A stretch of DNA of 60,001 nt, filler included, from Sphacelaria rigidula (lineage: Eukaryota): NCBI GenBank assembly GCA_964200075.2. It is 8 parts of 8 records of this genome, joined end to end, with 100 filler letters (N's around TTAATTAATTAA, not from the genome) between each part and the next. Parts side by side here need not be neighbours in the genome. Positions count along the whole stretch, not along the records: positions 22,540 to 29,952 come from CAXNAA020015042.1; positions 30,053 to 37,465 come from CAXNAA020015043.1; 6 more parts are not named here. The stretch is one strand, 5' to 3'. Shown piece after piece: positions 22,878-36,013 of this stretch. The notes beneath the pieces are model-generated. The model was not told the DNA's origin, searched no databases, and saw only the letters and a list, made by a program, of their open reading frames with translations. The translations under genes and the position numbers were made by a program. Every line of letters begins with the position of its first letter. The first letter of the stretch is position 1.

Positions 22878-25800
22878 CCTTTCTCCCCCGCTGCATATTC
22901 GTGGAGCCACGCCCCTCCACCCAGCCTCCAATAATCGTAAACGTCACAATCGTTCGGTTCCAGAGGACCCTCGTCTCTCCCACCCCTCGGTTTTTACATT
23001 TCCCTCGCCAAGTCTCGTCGGTGGCCGAGGCGCCCGCCCCATTAATCCCAGGAAGTTTTACCGTTTCCTCTTGCGCTCCCCCGACCTCCACTGCTGAACC
23101 GTAGCGAGTGGCAGAAATCGAACTCACTGAACGTGCTTCCAATGAAAGTCTGTCTGTCGACGCCTCACTCTCGGATTTTCTTTCCTCAGCGTCGACGATA
23201 TTGGTTCCCAGGGCAACACCCGGTTCCACAGTTAATGTCGACGTGGACTCTTGCCTTTCCGTGTCCGTTTTCATCGCCGGCCTGCCGGAGTCAGTTCGAG
23301 AAATTGTTGACGGCGACCGTGATCCCCATTCGGCTGAAGAAATTCTAGTTTCCGAGGACGGTGACCCTGAGGGCGTTCTTCGTCGCAGTATTCGATTAGC
23401 TGATTGTTGAGCAGGCAAGTACCCGCCTGGACCGAAGAGAATTTTGGCTCTTTCCACCCTAGCCGCTAGAACCAGCTCGTGCTTTGAAGGTATGCGCTGC
23501 AGGGGATCCAGATCTGCAGACACGAAACTTGTATATTTTTGTATCTATGTTTTGATTTTTCGGTAGACGTCATGCGCTCTGACCTCGCGGATTGAATCAT
23601 GACCATCGGCACTCCCGGATCGCGTCAACTCTCGTAAAACAAACTCAGCCAGCTATTTCTCGTTTACTCATGCACTAACGCTTCCGACGGTGTAGCTCAG
23701 ATACTCACGAAGAGAAACACTTAGGAAGAAAAACCCAACTCAACGGGATTCAAAGCCTCTTTTTCTCACGGTGACTGTCGGACCATTTTAAATCAGACCG
23801 CCGGGGCGCGGCGGGGATAAGACAGGAAACAGGGTTTTCGTGTGCTAAAATGCAATTTGAAGACCCAACAGTAGCGGATATCTATCGCGTGCAGAATTTG
23901 TGAGGTACGTGCTCTGTAGGTTGGATGGATGATAGTCGAGGTGAAATAGCTGCCACTTTTAGTGCTTGTCAGGAGTGAGCGTATTTATGTAATGTCGACC
24001 ACGTTGAACAACGATTCACCCCGCAGATGTACAGTGTTAACATATCATGATAGTCACTGAGCCACTCAGAGTGGCTCTACGGTAGGGGTGCACAATGTTT
24101 TCCTGAGGCTCTACACTGTCGGACTATCTCGATGACAAAGAAACACCTGGGCCCTTGTGTGCAGCCTCAGAAAAAAGAATGGACTCAAACATGAACCCCC
24201 AACGTACAATCCTTCCTGAGTTACCGCTAACTGAGTAACTCATTGCTTATTGTGATATCTTAAGTAGAAGCTTAGCCCGGGGATCCACCTAAGCTGTTAA
24301 GCCTACAGATTCGTGCGCCCAACTTCATCCCAGGGTTGTCATCCCTGTACTCAGCGCTGCTACTATTTTGTACTAGGTAGGGTTTACGGTGCTTGCACTT
24401 GCCTTGTGCATTTGCACCGCTCGTCGGTCTACTCCTCTGTACTTATTGCGCAATAAAACCCATGGAGAATGATGACGTGGGGAATCGAAACTGGATATTA
24501 TATTGTATTTGTTCCATTAAATAGCTAAGAAATTAATTAACGATATAACACTCCACACGAACCACAAGTAGTCCAGTCGATCTCGCCGCACGAACCAGGA
24601 TGTATTGGGCCAGATCGGTCGCAATATTTATTTCGTAGATGCTGGGGGCGCGCAGTGCTACAAGGGGTACGAGCGCCTCCGCTTACCTCTCATGACTTTT
24701 TCCTTTGCCTGCCAAGTTTCGAGGTCAGGATTCGCCATCACCACGCTTTGCAATGCCCCTAGAATCCTGATTGCCGAAATCGCAAGGCGTAGTTTGCTCG
24801 GGAATATCAACGTGGATCGGGCCTAGCGCACCCAATTGGGTACTCCGCGAAATGATGATGATGCACATTCCGTTAGCTGGGTTACAGCAGCTATGATTAC
24901 TTGGCGACACTTACAGTGTCCGTTGCTTAGTCCATCGCACGAACCGTCCAGATCACACACGCACGAGATGTTGGCAAGGCGCAGAAGTGCTCTTTGAGTA
25001 TCGCTGGTGCCAGTAAACAACGCCGCCGGAAAATGATCGTGTCTACTCATATTTTTCTTAAGAAACGCACTATTGTGGGAAAAGACGTTATGTTCTCGAA
25101 AGATATCGACGATATCTTTCAAGGACATGAGCTTCAGTTGTATGACCGCCGCAGTTTGGGGGAAAAGTCCAGACCGAAGAGGGAATCGTGGGGGGTGATG
25201 CACTCCTTCATCTACGGTACGTGAACGAGATGACACTTGCATATTCAAACACTGAACATAATTGATTGAGCGTACCGATTTTTTGGCTCGTACGTGGCAA
25301 AGTGGGATTGATCTTTCGGAAGGCGTGATCGATACGTTGGTCGGGGCACGTCTCGACCGCAGTTGCACGTATAAAATGGCGTGATGCGACACTTTACGTT
25401 CACGGATCGGCTTTTGTCATTTAAGCTTCGTGAGTTATCGCAGGCGATGCATCACAATCCGCCCTGCCCCCGTACATTGCTACCGGCACCATCTCATACA
25501 ATCCTGCGCATCTTCAAGAAATATTTTTCCGAAGGGTCTGAGCAAGACATTTTCAACCGCATCGTACCTTGGGTATGTCGATTTTTTGGATAATGACCGC
25601 GCCTGCATCCCTCGGGGATCAGTCAACGTGCGACAATCAACTGGCCAATCAATCAAACCTTTCGGCGGTGAATAGTCATCGAACTTTCAAGCGAATCGAT
25701 ATTGAAAACGAAATCGGGTCGGGACCGCGTGACCCCGCCATTTAGGGTAGACACTCACTTCGAGTTTGTCACTCTCCCGCGTTCGCAACATTGATCCAAA

Positions 25801-28800
25801 ACATCCTCCACGCGATGCAGGCCCTGCGAGGCTGCCTTCCTCCCGTACGTGCGCCCCGGGATATCCCAACCTAACCGATTACCTGCACCGCAGCCAGGTG
25901 CCTGAGCACGCCCGCACCAGGTTTCCACGATCAGAAAACTGTGGCAGTCGCAGACGATACCAACAACAACACTATTGTGCGAGTACGTGACGCGATTCCT
26001 AGAATGCTCTCGAGGTCAGAGGTGAACGCGCTTGTCTGTCAAACATATCCCAAACAAATACTCAAAACTACGCCCTATGTGCAGTGGATACGGTCCTCAT
26101 TTATCGTGAAAGTTCACGTGAGGAGGACTTGTCTGTTTCACTACTGATTCATGGTCGCGTACTCCAGATTCAATTTATCAGAAGCACTGATGAAAAGTCA
26201 AGTAGCTTACGGCTACCACTGATGCCGAAAACATTTTCGGCGCACGGCCTGCAGCTCCGCGATTACTATCCAACCGCTCTTTCAGACTCACCACTGCGTC
26301 TCCCCCAGTGATGTCGGCGAAGAGCAGCTCTCTGGAAATCGGGGCGACACAGCTTGCCGTATCACCTGCTCTGGACTTCGGCCTATTACAATCTTGTACC
26401 GGAGGCTCTCCACTTCCTCGACGAGCATCAATGCTTGCCCTCTGCCGAGCCGGCTGTGCCGCATTTGCGAGCTCAGATTCCGCTGGAGGAGGACCTAAGC
26501 TAGGCGCCGTACTCGGCCTTGGTTGCGCTTTGGATGTTGTGGGCTCATCGAAGGCAGCACATCCACCGGCGTCGGTCCTCGATTCAGATTCACCGCCCTG
26601 CCGTACCATCGCTTCGCGATCACTAGCCTCTGATCCTAGCTCAACGACTACTCTCCTGTCTTCAGTGCTGTTGCGGGTGTCGTCGTGAGGTGCGACCACA
26701 AAATTGGAACCAAAGCCAACGCTGACGACGTCACGGGTGCCAGAGCCAGCGCAACTGAACGTTCCCGTGTGTGCTCCGTGCCCTTCGTGCTTGACCAGCT
26801 GACGGCGAAACCGTCTCGTCAAGGTGGCACGTAAACCAGCCGCCGGGCGTCGTGTTTGAGCCAAGAACTCTGCCCAGGAGTCGTCCTTATCTCCACTACT
26901 GCTAACTCTTTCGGGTGGTCCAGGTCTACCAATGTTCCCGTCAACCATTTGATGTGCAGAGGCCGGCGATCTGCTCATCGGTGGCTGTAAATGCTCCGAG
27001 CTCGAGAACCAGGGCGGTAGCCAGAAACGGTCTGTTTCGTCATGCCACTCTGGGCGGAAGGGATAAGCGGAGAGCGATATTCCGTGGGAGCCACCAGAGG
27101 CGACCGTCGTGGCGGCGGCCGGGAAAACACCGTCAGCACGCCGTACTTCCTCGATCACCACCTTTTCAAAGAGGTAGCACATTCAGTATCATCCTCCATT
27201 TCGTCAACGTCTACTAGAATCATGAGTACAAAGATCGTCTATTCATCTTAAGGAATGGCGACGGGGGGAATTCGAGACCAGGACATTGATCCGCCTGTTG
27301 CTCCAGGCTTTTTCATCGCTCCGAAACACTCGTTTAACCCTTTGGGAACTAAAGCGCTGATTTTCGTGTTGTGAATCTTTGTGAATCGGCATGTTTTTGA
27401 CTTGAAAATGACCGAAAATGATGCCGATTTACAAAAACAAAAACCAGCACTTCCTGGGGGTCCATGATAGTTCCCAAAGGCTTCATGTTTCCCGCACTTA
27501 TACCTCATTTCAAATACCGCTACTTCAGTTTGTGGTTCACAGAGCTATGCAACCCACGCCGATCGTTCGCCCTTCGGAAGTGGCACGAAGTGCGCAGTCC
27601 CACGGCTTCAACGGTCTAGTATGAATGTACAAGGCGACGAACCCGACAAAATAAGGATCGATGCGTCTGCAGAATAATATACGCTGTTGAAATCTGCGAC
27701 GGACGCTTATCATGTCTCGAGAGGAAATCGTGAGGGCGATCGTTCACTTGATTTGTTGTACTCATTTTCATCTGTGTATTTCCCTTAGTCACAACGCATG
27801 TGGAGACAACAACGTGCGGTGGGCGCGCTGCACCTCCACTGCGCATGGAGATATGTTTTTTGGGGGGATCTTGGAGAAGCGATCTCTCCTCCTACGCCGA
27901 GCCTTATCGGGGGCTGGATCCGCTGTTTTCATCAAGGCCCAGCGTGCGGGTTGTAAGTCGCGAAGGTGAATGTACCGATTTGAGATTTCGATAATGAAAA
28001 TTGCTCGTGCGCATGATGCCCGTCTCTCAGTTCGTGGTCTATGGCCTCGAATTTCATTTCAAGTCCCCGCGGGTGAGCACGAATGACTGATGACGAGCCA
28101 TTTTAGGCCACTCGTATTGGACATGGATCAGGTCACAACTAAAATACAGTACGCCTTCCGTACACAACTTGATGTCAATGTGCCCCCTCACGAACCCTAA
28201 ACGATAACCCAAGTCACTTGAGTCTCGAATTCGGACCGCTAATCTACTTAAATCTACACAGCATTACCACCACCAAACACCGGGTCACAGCATGAGCATA
28301 TACTACCCCACCCCATCCAAAGCATCAATCACTTGAAGCTAGAGTGCTGAATCCTATTTTCTTGAAACTAGCGCACCGTATCATCAACCGCTTGGCTTCC
28401 GTACAGGTCGACAATAGATGCGCCCATTCCGGAAGGGTAGGGGGACTACGGCCACGAGCGAAGATATGCATAACTCCTTCCGTAAAAAAAAATACTATGT
28501 GGAGATCGGTTTCTTAATCCTAACGAGACGCGGCCTGACATGACCGTGCGTCCCACCTGGCGCTGGTCGATACCCCCTGCCGTCGCCACATCTCGGATGA
28601 GCATTCGTTCCCACGTGCCGCGCAACACGGAGGTGAGCTCTTCACAGCTGTATTCATTTCCGGTTTCCGGGTCCTACCGACCGTTTCGGTTTGTCAGAGG
28701 AGCGGAGTAGCGAGGAGCGAGAATTTGGGTGCACTGCAGATACGCTCTCATCGGTCAAACTACGTCGATGAAACTCACACCTGACGGTAATGTCCTATGA

Positions 28801-29430
28801 AAAATGATAAGCACGGGCACGTTGTCTTCGGTCGGACACTCATCATCATCGCTGGTTGAGATCACCGAATGAACGATTTCCAAGACCTGATTGCTCGAAA
28901 GAGATGAAAAACAAAATCGACGGCAGGTCAAAAACGCCTCTACGCTAACTTTGCCCCCATTCTATGTGTCGTGGGTACGCTCCACCTGGAGTGCATTTAG
29001 CGCTGGTAGCAAAGCCCTGGGATTAATTCTTACGGTACGAACCAATTACACCAGGAGCAAAATAATTTTCAAGATCATTATCCGTCCCAACCTTGCAATT
29101 TTTAATGCCTCGTCTCCAAAAGCGCCTATCTATATCCAGCCGAAGTGTATAGTGGTCGGCACAGGGCCCATATTTTCGGACCCAATCTTGACAACGTCTC
29201 GCCGCATTCGATCCTATCAGATGAGTCATCGTACAAAAACCCTACAAGCTACCAAATCATCAACAGAAACGTGCACTCTCAGACCAAAGTTTACTCCAGA
29301 CACGTGTACGCTTACCTTCCGCTTGACCGTCTGCAGCAGATTGATCGGCGGCGGCGAGCAGCCTAGTTCTATCGCAACACGCGAAATGTCAGGTGCCCGT
29401 TGCATGGAGGACGCCTTCTGTCGCGGGTCC
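22878..29430 (-). CDS. Unidentified multi-exon gene encoding a low-complexity Ser/Ala/Arg-rich protein; exon chain only partly resolved (e.g. ~29317-29430, ~28557-28673, ~26213-27170, ~24688-24822, ~22880-23514)
   Basis: Long minus-strand ORFs (26178-27182, 22702-23523) plus short AG...GT-bounded open exons (DPRQKASSMQRAPDISRVAIELG..., DPETGNEYSCEELTSVLRGTWERMLIRD...). No recognisable domain, and some splice phases are not reconciled. Confidence 0.55.
23570..23810 (-). mobile_element. Degenerate tRNA-derived SINE family B copy
   Basis: Minus-strand gccccggcggtc head, tttgaatccc B-box-like motif and a ggagtgc...caatccgcg body shared with 42004-42320. Confidence 0.4.
27337..27483. mobile_element. 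TTAA-type palindromic MITE
   Basis: ttaa-ccctttgggaacta...tagttcccaaagg with an internal gaatcggcat/atgccgatt inverted pair. Related element at ~53527-53650. Confidence 0.6.
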
Positions 29431-30052
29431 TGATCCATCCGGTCGGTTCCGCGGTCAAACAGCGTCCAGGAACGATACGGTTTCACGATGGAAAACCACA
29501 GTGCATAGTGCGAGCGGCGATGCAATCATTGCCGAGCTCGCGGAGCAACGTACAGTGCATGTGCCGTTTCATATTTTTTTCGTCATAAAGTTTGGTGACG
29601 TAGCAACCAGCTTGAGAGTTTGTGGGGGAAAAAAAAAAAAATATATATATATACACCTTACGACCTATCAGTGGTCACTTGGCACAGTAGCCATACGGTA
29701 TCGCATGGTAGTGGCGCGCGAATATATATATATATATATCACTGGTGTCGCCAATGTGGAAGTCGTGAGACTCCCGGTGACGGTAGAAACCGTCGAAGGT
29801 GGCCGATGATTTCCCTCGGGTTATCTAGTCAAGGATTGACCGTAAGTCGTGGGGTTGAGGCAAAGTGGATCACTCGGGAAAGCTCGACGAGCGCGAGCGA
29901 GTTAGCCCGATGACGAAGTCTGAGAGTCTTGGTCAAGAGTGATCCCCAGGGANNNNNNNNNNNNNNNNNNNNNNNNNNNNNNNNNNNNNNNNNNNNTTAA
30001 TTAATTAANNNNNNNNNNNNNNNNNNNNNNNNNNNNNNNNNNNNNNNNNNNN

Positions 30053-30110
30053 CCTCCGGGTTCTCATCCTCAATCAAAAGCACCATCCTCAACATAGATG
30101 ATTGGCTGTT
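30053..30110. mobile_element. Right end of AACAGCC-family MITE abutting the Copia RT
   Basis: cctccgggttctcatcctcaat...ggctgtt matches the right arm of 13955-14394. Confidence 0.85.
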
Positions 30111-32324
30111 TGTAGATGATATATTCGCAGTGGGAGAGAAGGACAGATGTGATGAGTTTGGTAAAGATCTCAACACGATGGTTCCAGTCAAGAACCTCGG
30201 CGATTTGCGTTGGTATTCTGGACTGTACTATGAAAGCGATACTGCAAGGGGGACTCTAAATATTTCACAACAAACATACGCAGAAGAGTTGGCGAAGGAA
30301 TACGTAATAGAGTGGGGAAAGAGTATCCCCATCGCTGTGGGTGCGAAGCTTGAAGAGTTCAGTGTAGAAGAGCAGGCAACGGAATTTCCGTTTCGGGAAT
30401 TGATAGGGTCACTGATGTGGCTGGCAACTCAAACGAGGCCAGACATATCTAACGCAGTACGAGCAGTAGCGAGGTACTGTGCCTCACCAAAACACCTTCA
30501 TTGGCGTGCTGCGCTTGGTATTTTGGGGTATGTTAAGCCAAAAATTTCGCTGGGGATTTCTATTCGCAGAAGAAGTATATAGGGGTTGAGCTTTCATGTG
30601 TTTGCAGACGCCAACTACGCAAGTAAGGCAGCTGGTAGGCGGTCGGTATCAGGAGGGGTAGTCATGTGTGGAGGTGGATGTGTGTCTTGGTTTTCAAGGA
30701 CTCAGAAGTGTGTGACGCTGTCCACAACGGAAGCAGCGTACGCTGCCATGATAGATATTCTGAAGGAGGTATTGTTTTTGAGACAGGTTTGGCGTTTCAT
30801 GTTGTCGCAGATGGGAAGCTATTCAGTTGGCAAAGAGCCCAATCACGAACTTCAACTCCAAGCACATCGACGTACGTCATCATTTTATCAGGGAGTTGGT
30901 TGGGAGGAATGAGGTTTCGGTTATTCACGTGAGATCGGAGTATCAACGTGCGGATTTCCTCACTAAAGTGTTGCCGACAGAGTCTTTTGAGTTTCACCGT
31001 AAGATTGTCGTGAATATTATGTAGAGTCTGCAACGCACTGATACATTGGTTAGGTTTGAGGTGGTTTGATTTGTTTTCGGGGACATCTACCCACCCCGGA
31101 AAAGTAGGGGTGCGAGGTCATGGTTGCAAGATTTTCAATTTCGCAGTGAATTATTTTTTATTCTCGACAAGTGCGGCCGGATTTGATTTTTCGTTGCAGA
31201 CTAAATATTTTTCAATGGTTTTTTAGTGTTGGGTTTCGATCTTCGACGGGTACGACAGGATTTGATTTTTTATTGTATACCAAATATTTTCTTTAATGTT
31301 TTTTAGTGATGGACTTCGAGTGCCACAAAAGTTGCCGTAGCAAATATCGGAAACTGGACTGGTTTTCGACTTTGCGTGTGGTTGATGTATTTTTCTATAT
31401 TGTCGAATATACCTTTGGGATTTTTTACATTTTGGTTTGCGACGATTTGATTTTTTGAATCCAAATTCTTTTTCAGTACTGAAAGGCGTGATGGGATGGA
31501 TGAAGAGCATGAATATGTCATGACGTATTGAGGAAAAGGACTAAAGGAGGGGGTTTCCGTTTGCTCAGTAGATGACGTTACTGTATGCCTCTATACGAGT
31601 GGGACGATTTTTTGTGCTTGATAATATAGGATTGAATATTGTCTGGTAGGGTTTGAGACATGAGAAGAATTAGGGCGTGAGTAGGAGGGCTAATCGAATA
31701 TGACAGTATGAGACTTGAGAATTGAGTAGAGTTGAGCCGTGAGTAGGAGGGCTGATCGAATATACTCACAGTCGATGATGGATACATGTAAACAGGCTTC
31801 GATGCGAGGGAAATGAATATTGTGATTGGATCATGACATGGGTGAAGGGCAACTAAGAGATACAGTTCTTTTATTACAGATATACCCGATGTGTTGGCTG
31901 CAGCAAAAATCTGCTGACAGGCACACGCCCAATCGCATGGGAGACTTTCTACGATAGCCCCCCCCCCAAAACCAGCTAAAAGTGTCACGAAAAAAATGAC
32001 CATGAAGCGCCTGATGTTCGGGTTCAGGGTGCATGAAGCGCCTCATATTGGCNNNNNNNNNNTGGGAATTCCCAGCTTCTCGCTGTGCTCGGTTTTTCCC
32101 ATTTCGATTTACGTGGAGATTTTGCCTCCCAAAACCATGCACTTTTTTGAGGGGGGCTATCGTAGAAAGTGTCATGGCCAAAGAATCAGGCTCTGACGTG
32201 TCTTTTTTGCGTGAGAGGTTTTTCATGATTGACCCCGCCCCCTTTTTGGCAGTGCACTTTTGGGTTTTTATGTTTTGGGTGAAGAGTGTAATATACATTT
32301 ATCAACAAGGGAATCAATTCAACA
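30111..32324 (+). mobile_element. Ty1/Copia LTR retrotransposon remnant: RT C-half and RNase H (30111-31024), putative 3' LTR ~31818-32324
   Basis: Motifs VDDIFAVG, FRELIGSLMWLATQTRPDIS, ADANYA...RRSVSG, WFSRTQKCVTLSTTEA, SKHIDVRHHFIRE and QRADFLTK, with stops and frameshifts. A purine tract gagggaaa precedes tattg...ttcaaca, a possible LTR (less certain). Confidence 0.9.
31941..32173. mobile_element. MITE (TIR GACACTTTCTACGATAGCCCC) with 4-bp TSD ATGG
   Basis: atgg|gagactttctacgatagcccc...ggggctatcgtagaaagtgtc|atgg. Confidence 0.85.
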
Positions 32325-32559
32325 ACACAGGTCCCACGAACTTTCTCAAACAGACCCTTGCGCCGAGTAGGAAATCAAGCCTTTAGATTCATCATATTAC
32401 TTCCGACCAGTCCCTGCCGCATAACCCAACGCGATCAATGCTGCTTTTGAGCGCGAGCCTCGCACCCAAAGTCGACTCTGTGTCACCTGAAGCAAAATCC
32501 CAACCGTTGGATAACACGGTAGAGCAACAGCGACAAAATTGAAGGACGTTCATGAGCTG

Positions 32560-34040
32560 TTAACCCAACGCCACCGGCGTAGGGAAGAGGTATAAGATAT
32601 GATGCTAGTCAAAGAGTCTGACAGCTCCCTTCTGAAAGAAGTTGTACCGGCCAAATTAGTACACTTGTGGGCTGGGCCGGGGACGGTGCAGCAGGTGGTG
32701 ATACCAGGCCTCAATCTTGAGGTCAAGATGCAGGTGCGTAAAGTACACGAGCGAACGGTGTTCGCGGTCAACGTGAAGAAATCTCATGTGCGCCCAGAAC
32801 AGCTGCAGCACTCATTTCCAGGCGAGGTCTTTTAGCTAGCTTGGGGGGGCAGATTCAGGGTTGGCTGGGGACATCACGTCCACACCTGTACTATATACTC
32901 TGACGGATAGGAAAGCAATGCTGGGCCCAGGATCGTCCTGAGTGTTGTCGTCCTATTTATTCCGGGCGTCAGTCTGCGCCTTTCGGTATATGTGGGCGCA
33001 CCGGCCGGGATCACACAGGTGAGTGTGAGAACACCAACGGTTGTTTCACGACGGAGCTGAGCCACACTGGCTTTCAGAGGAGAGGACCTAGACAGTTTCA
33101 GTGAGTTACAATTGGATGTGTTTCATGCCTTGTGGGAATCATATCAACCGCAGACCAGGCCACGTCCATCCGATACACCATCTCGGGCAGAAAAGGGCTC
33201 AAATACGCGGTAGATTCCCCGAAATACCAAGATCCGCAAACGGTTGACGGACAGCCCAGAGCGGTCAACAGGAACAAGGACTTCTCCGGACTGGATAGGA
33301 TCGTTTCTGTACGGTGTTTAAATTCCCTACGTGGTCTAACCCGACAAAGTGGTCAACAGGAACAAGGAGTTCTCCGGACTGGAAGAGATCGTTTCTGTAC
33401 TATGTTTAAATTCCCTACGCGGTCTAACCCGGCAGAGCGGTCAACAAGATCAAGGACTTCTCCGGACTGGATGGGATCGTTTCTGTACGGTGTTTAAATT
33501 CCCTACGTGGCCTAACCCGGCAGAGAGATCTGCAAGAGCAGGAGTTGTGGAGACTGTTCGAGATTGTTCTGAACGGTGTTTACATCCCTTATGTGGTCTA
33601 ACCCGGCACCCGGCACATGGTCTAACCCGGCAGAACGGTTACCAAGATCGACATCGACGGCTATACGAAGCAACACCGATTACTCGGGGAAGAGGAACAT
33701 GGTGACGCGGCGATCCGTCGTTGAACCACGTTCAGTCCCAGGGTTTTTCAACCCTAGGCCTGAGGGGGGCTGTTATGGATCGCGGCGTAATGGTGGGAGG
33801 GTAGTACGAGGATGAGCCCAGCTATTCGACTGATGGGCTCGGAGGGCTGGTTGGTGTGACCTACAGGTATTCCAACTAGAGGAGAGGGAGAAGTGTCCGT
33901 TGTAACGGTTACTGACACGCCTCCGTGCGCACCGTAGTGTTCATGACCCGCTGTGAACCTTGGCTTTACTCTCTTTATGAGCACGAGACGAGCTAAGAGT
34001 TTATGTGAATCTCTTGATGAGGCTATCAAAACCACCACCA
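32560..34040 (+). mobile_element. Ty3/Gypsy 3' remnant: integrase C-terminus, 88-bp tandem repeats, PPT and 3' LTR starting at 33771
   Basis: GPY/F-like KLVHLWAGP motif and a decayed DSFSELQLDVFHALWE segment. PPT gaggggggc at 33762-33770 is followed directly by TGTTAT. The LTR right end is approximate. Confidence 0.7.
33261..33632 (+). repeat. 88-bp tandem repeat (3 full units plus partial units)
   Basis: Units start at 33261, 33349 and 33437 (ggtcaacaggaacaagga...aattccctacgtggtctaaccc). Confidence 0.9.
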
Positions 34041-35866
34041 CGAAAGAGAAACAGAATCGTTTTCGGAGATATGATCAAGGTCATTGCCGTTCCATGTGAA
34101 CTGTACTGCGTTGAACGTATCCCCTCTTGCTATTCTTTGCTGGTTGATTGCTGAACACGGTGGGACAATACAGTACGGATCCCTGAAACATAATCGCGGT
34201 ACGTCAGTTGTGAAACATGTCACCATGACAGTATAATAAATGGATTTTAGTGCACAGTCAGATGGTGTATTTGCAACATGCTCGGGCGTAGTCGACATGG
34301 TATATATTAATCATCACGTATTTGTATGCGCATGATTTGACTCAACTGGATGCTTGTTCGAGACCTTTAGACATATCGCCTTCCTGTAAGCCAGTAGCGA
34401 TGCCTAATGCTAAGAACCCCACCACTATACCGTCTGTTTGTAACATAGCATGGTGAGGTCGACTTCATTGACTCAAATGTCCTGGTCTACAGCATGGTTC
34501 TTGCTCTGTTGTGCTTGTACAACTGCGCGATGACGCGGCCTCACAAACGGGTGACGGGACATGATCTCATCAAAGAAGGGTTGAGATCAGGAGGATAGTG
34601 CACGATCCCGGGATATATGACGGCTAATATGCCACAGCGAAACAAAAATCGAGGTGTGGTTGGTTCTGGGCGGTGTCTGCCAATATCGCTACTCTACTGT
34701 GCAAACTCCAAAATCGATCACCAGAGGCTTCAAATGTATTTATAAATCAATCGAATGTTCCAATAAATGACCTGCGGACAAACACCCACCTTTTGTTTGT
34801 AGGCTGCTAAAATAATAACATATACCAGAACGTGACCGCCCCTCTCGTGAGACAAAACAAACATCAACATCCTCATCTGAGTGTTGCGGACTCATGGAAC
34901 CCTCCCCCACCACCATCTGCTCCATGTCGAATGTGATGCGTGGTCAATTTTCAAATGACTCAAGGCAAGCAACAAACAAGTACACCCCCTCCCCCCTCGC
35001 CCCCTGGATCATGCATATCAATGCTCGAATCTCGCTAATGCTGCTGCTATGAAGATCCCGGATAGCTGGCGCATGACAATCAGCGATTTCACCTGTAATC
35101 GCGCACGTTGCCCAGCTCAACTGCGCGTGGGTTGTGGCTCCGGCCGATTTCAAGAAATCGACTTGATTCGACTGTGTCCTGTAATACTACCGTACATCGG
35201 CCATGCGTCTGGTTCACCTCAACTTGCGTGCGTACCCCTCTCCATGACCTACTTCGTGCTCCACACCATACAAATATTGTAGCTACAAACTAAAAACTAT
35301 CAAGAAAAAAACAACACCGTCAACTCACGAAACCTCAGAAAGCAAAATTGTTGAAAATTCATGAATACTTACCTCGCACCATTCTCTTACCCTCGTCTTC
35401 AGCATACTCGGCCTACAGCAAGCAAAAATAACACCCTTGTGCAACACGGCAAGATGAAACGAGAGCAACACCCGAGGATGCGCACACACCCACACACCCA
35501 CACACATGTGCTGGGTGGGAGCTTTAAGGGCACGCGCTGAAGCTTGCACGTATGGCAAGGTAAAGGGCCCTTCTCTACAGCTGGCACGACAGTAGTGAAA
35601 CGAATCGGGGCTTGTATCACAATCTCCCCCAACGTGCGGGCTCAACAATCTGAAGTCGCTTTGCTTCAAGCGATCAACACAAGCTCAACCCCTGTACCTG
35701 AAACTCGAGGCATCCGTAAAAACTAGACAGAAAAGATCCTGCGATGCTCGAATAGCCAACGCAGGGGAGGGGAGAGCTTGGGGAACGGGGTGGGAAACAC
35801 GGGGGAGGGGGAGGTGGGCGAGGGGTACAAGGGTACCATTGAGTCACGAGTACGAAGACCAGTCCT

Positions 35867-36013
35867 CTACACAAGTTCTGCCGGTTTTCCGTTCATGTCT
35901 GCTGGTGTTTGTGCCCAGTCTGGTGCTTGGGTCGGGGTAACATCGCCATCATTTTCACCCTGTGGCACATTGTCGCCGTCGATTTCCTCCCATGCACCTT
36001 CTTCTGGGATGAC
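35867..36013 (-). CDS. Possible terminal exon of an unknown gene (VIPEEGAWEEIDGDNVPQ...KPAELV*)
   Basis: C-rich tract plus cag acceptor followed by an open acidic frame to TAG. Upstream exons not linked. Confidence 0.3.
   Translation of the reverse strand, partial: VIPEEGAWEEIDGDNVPQGENDGDVTPTQAPDWAQTPADMNGKPAELV

Noticed and set aside
28191..28212. AACCCTAAAC as a possible telomerase RNA template near TERT
   Set aside because: A single 10-mer inside an intron, with no recognisable Pol III promoter, terminator or structure; expected by chance. No template-like sequence was seen next to TERT.
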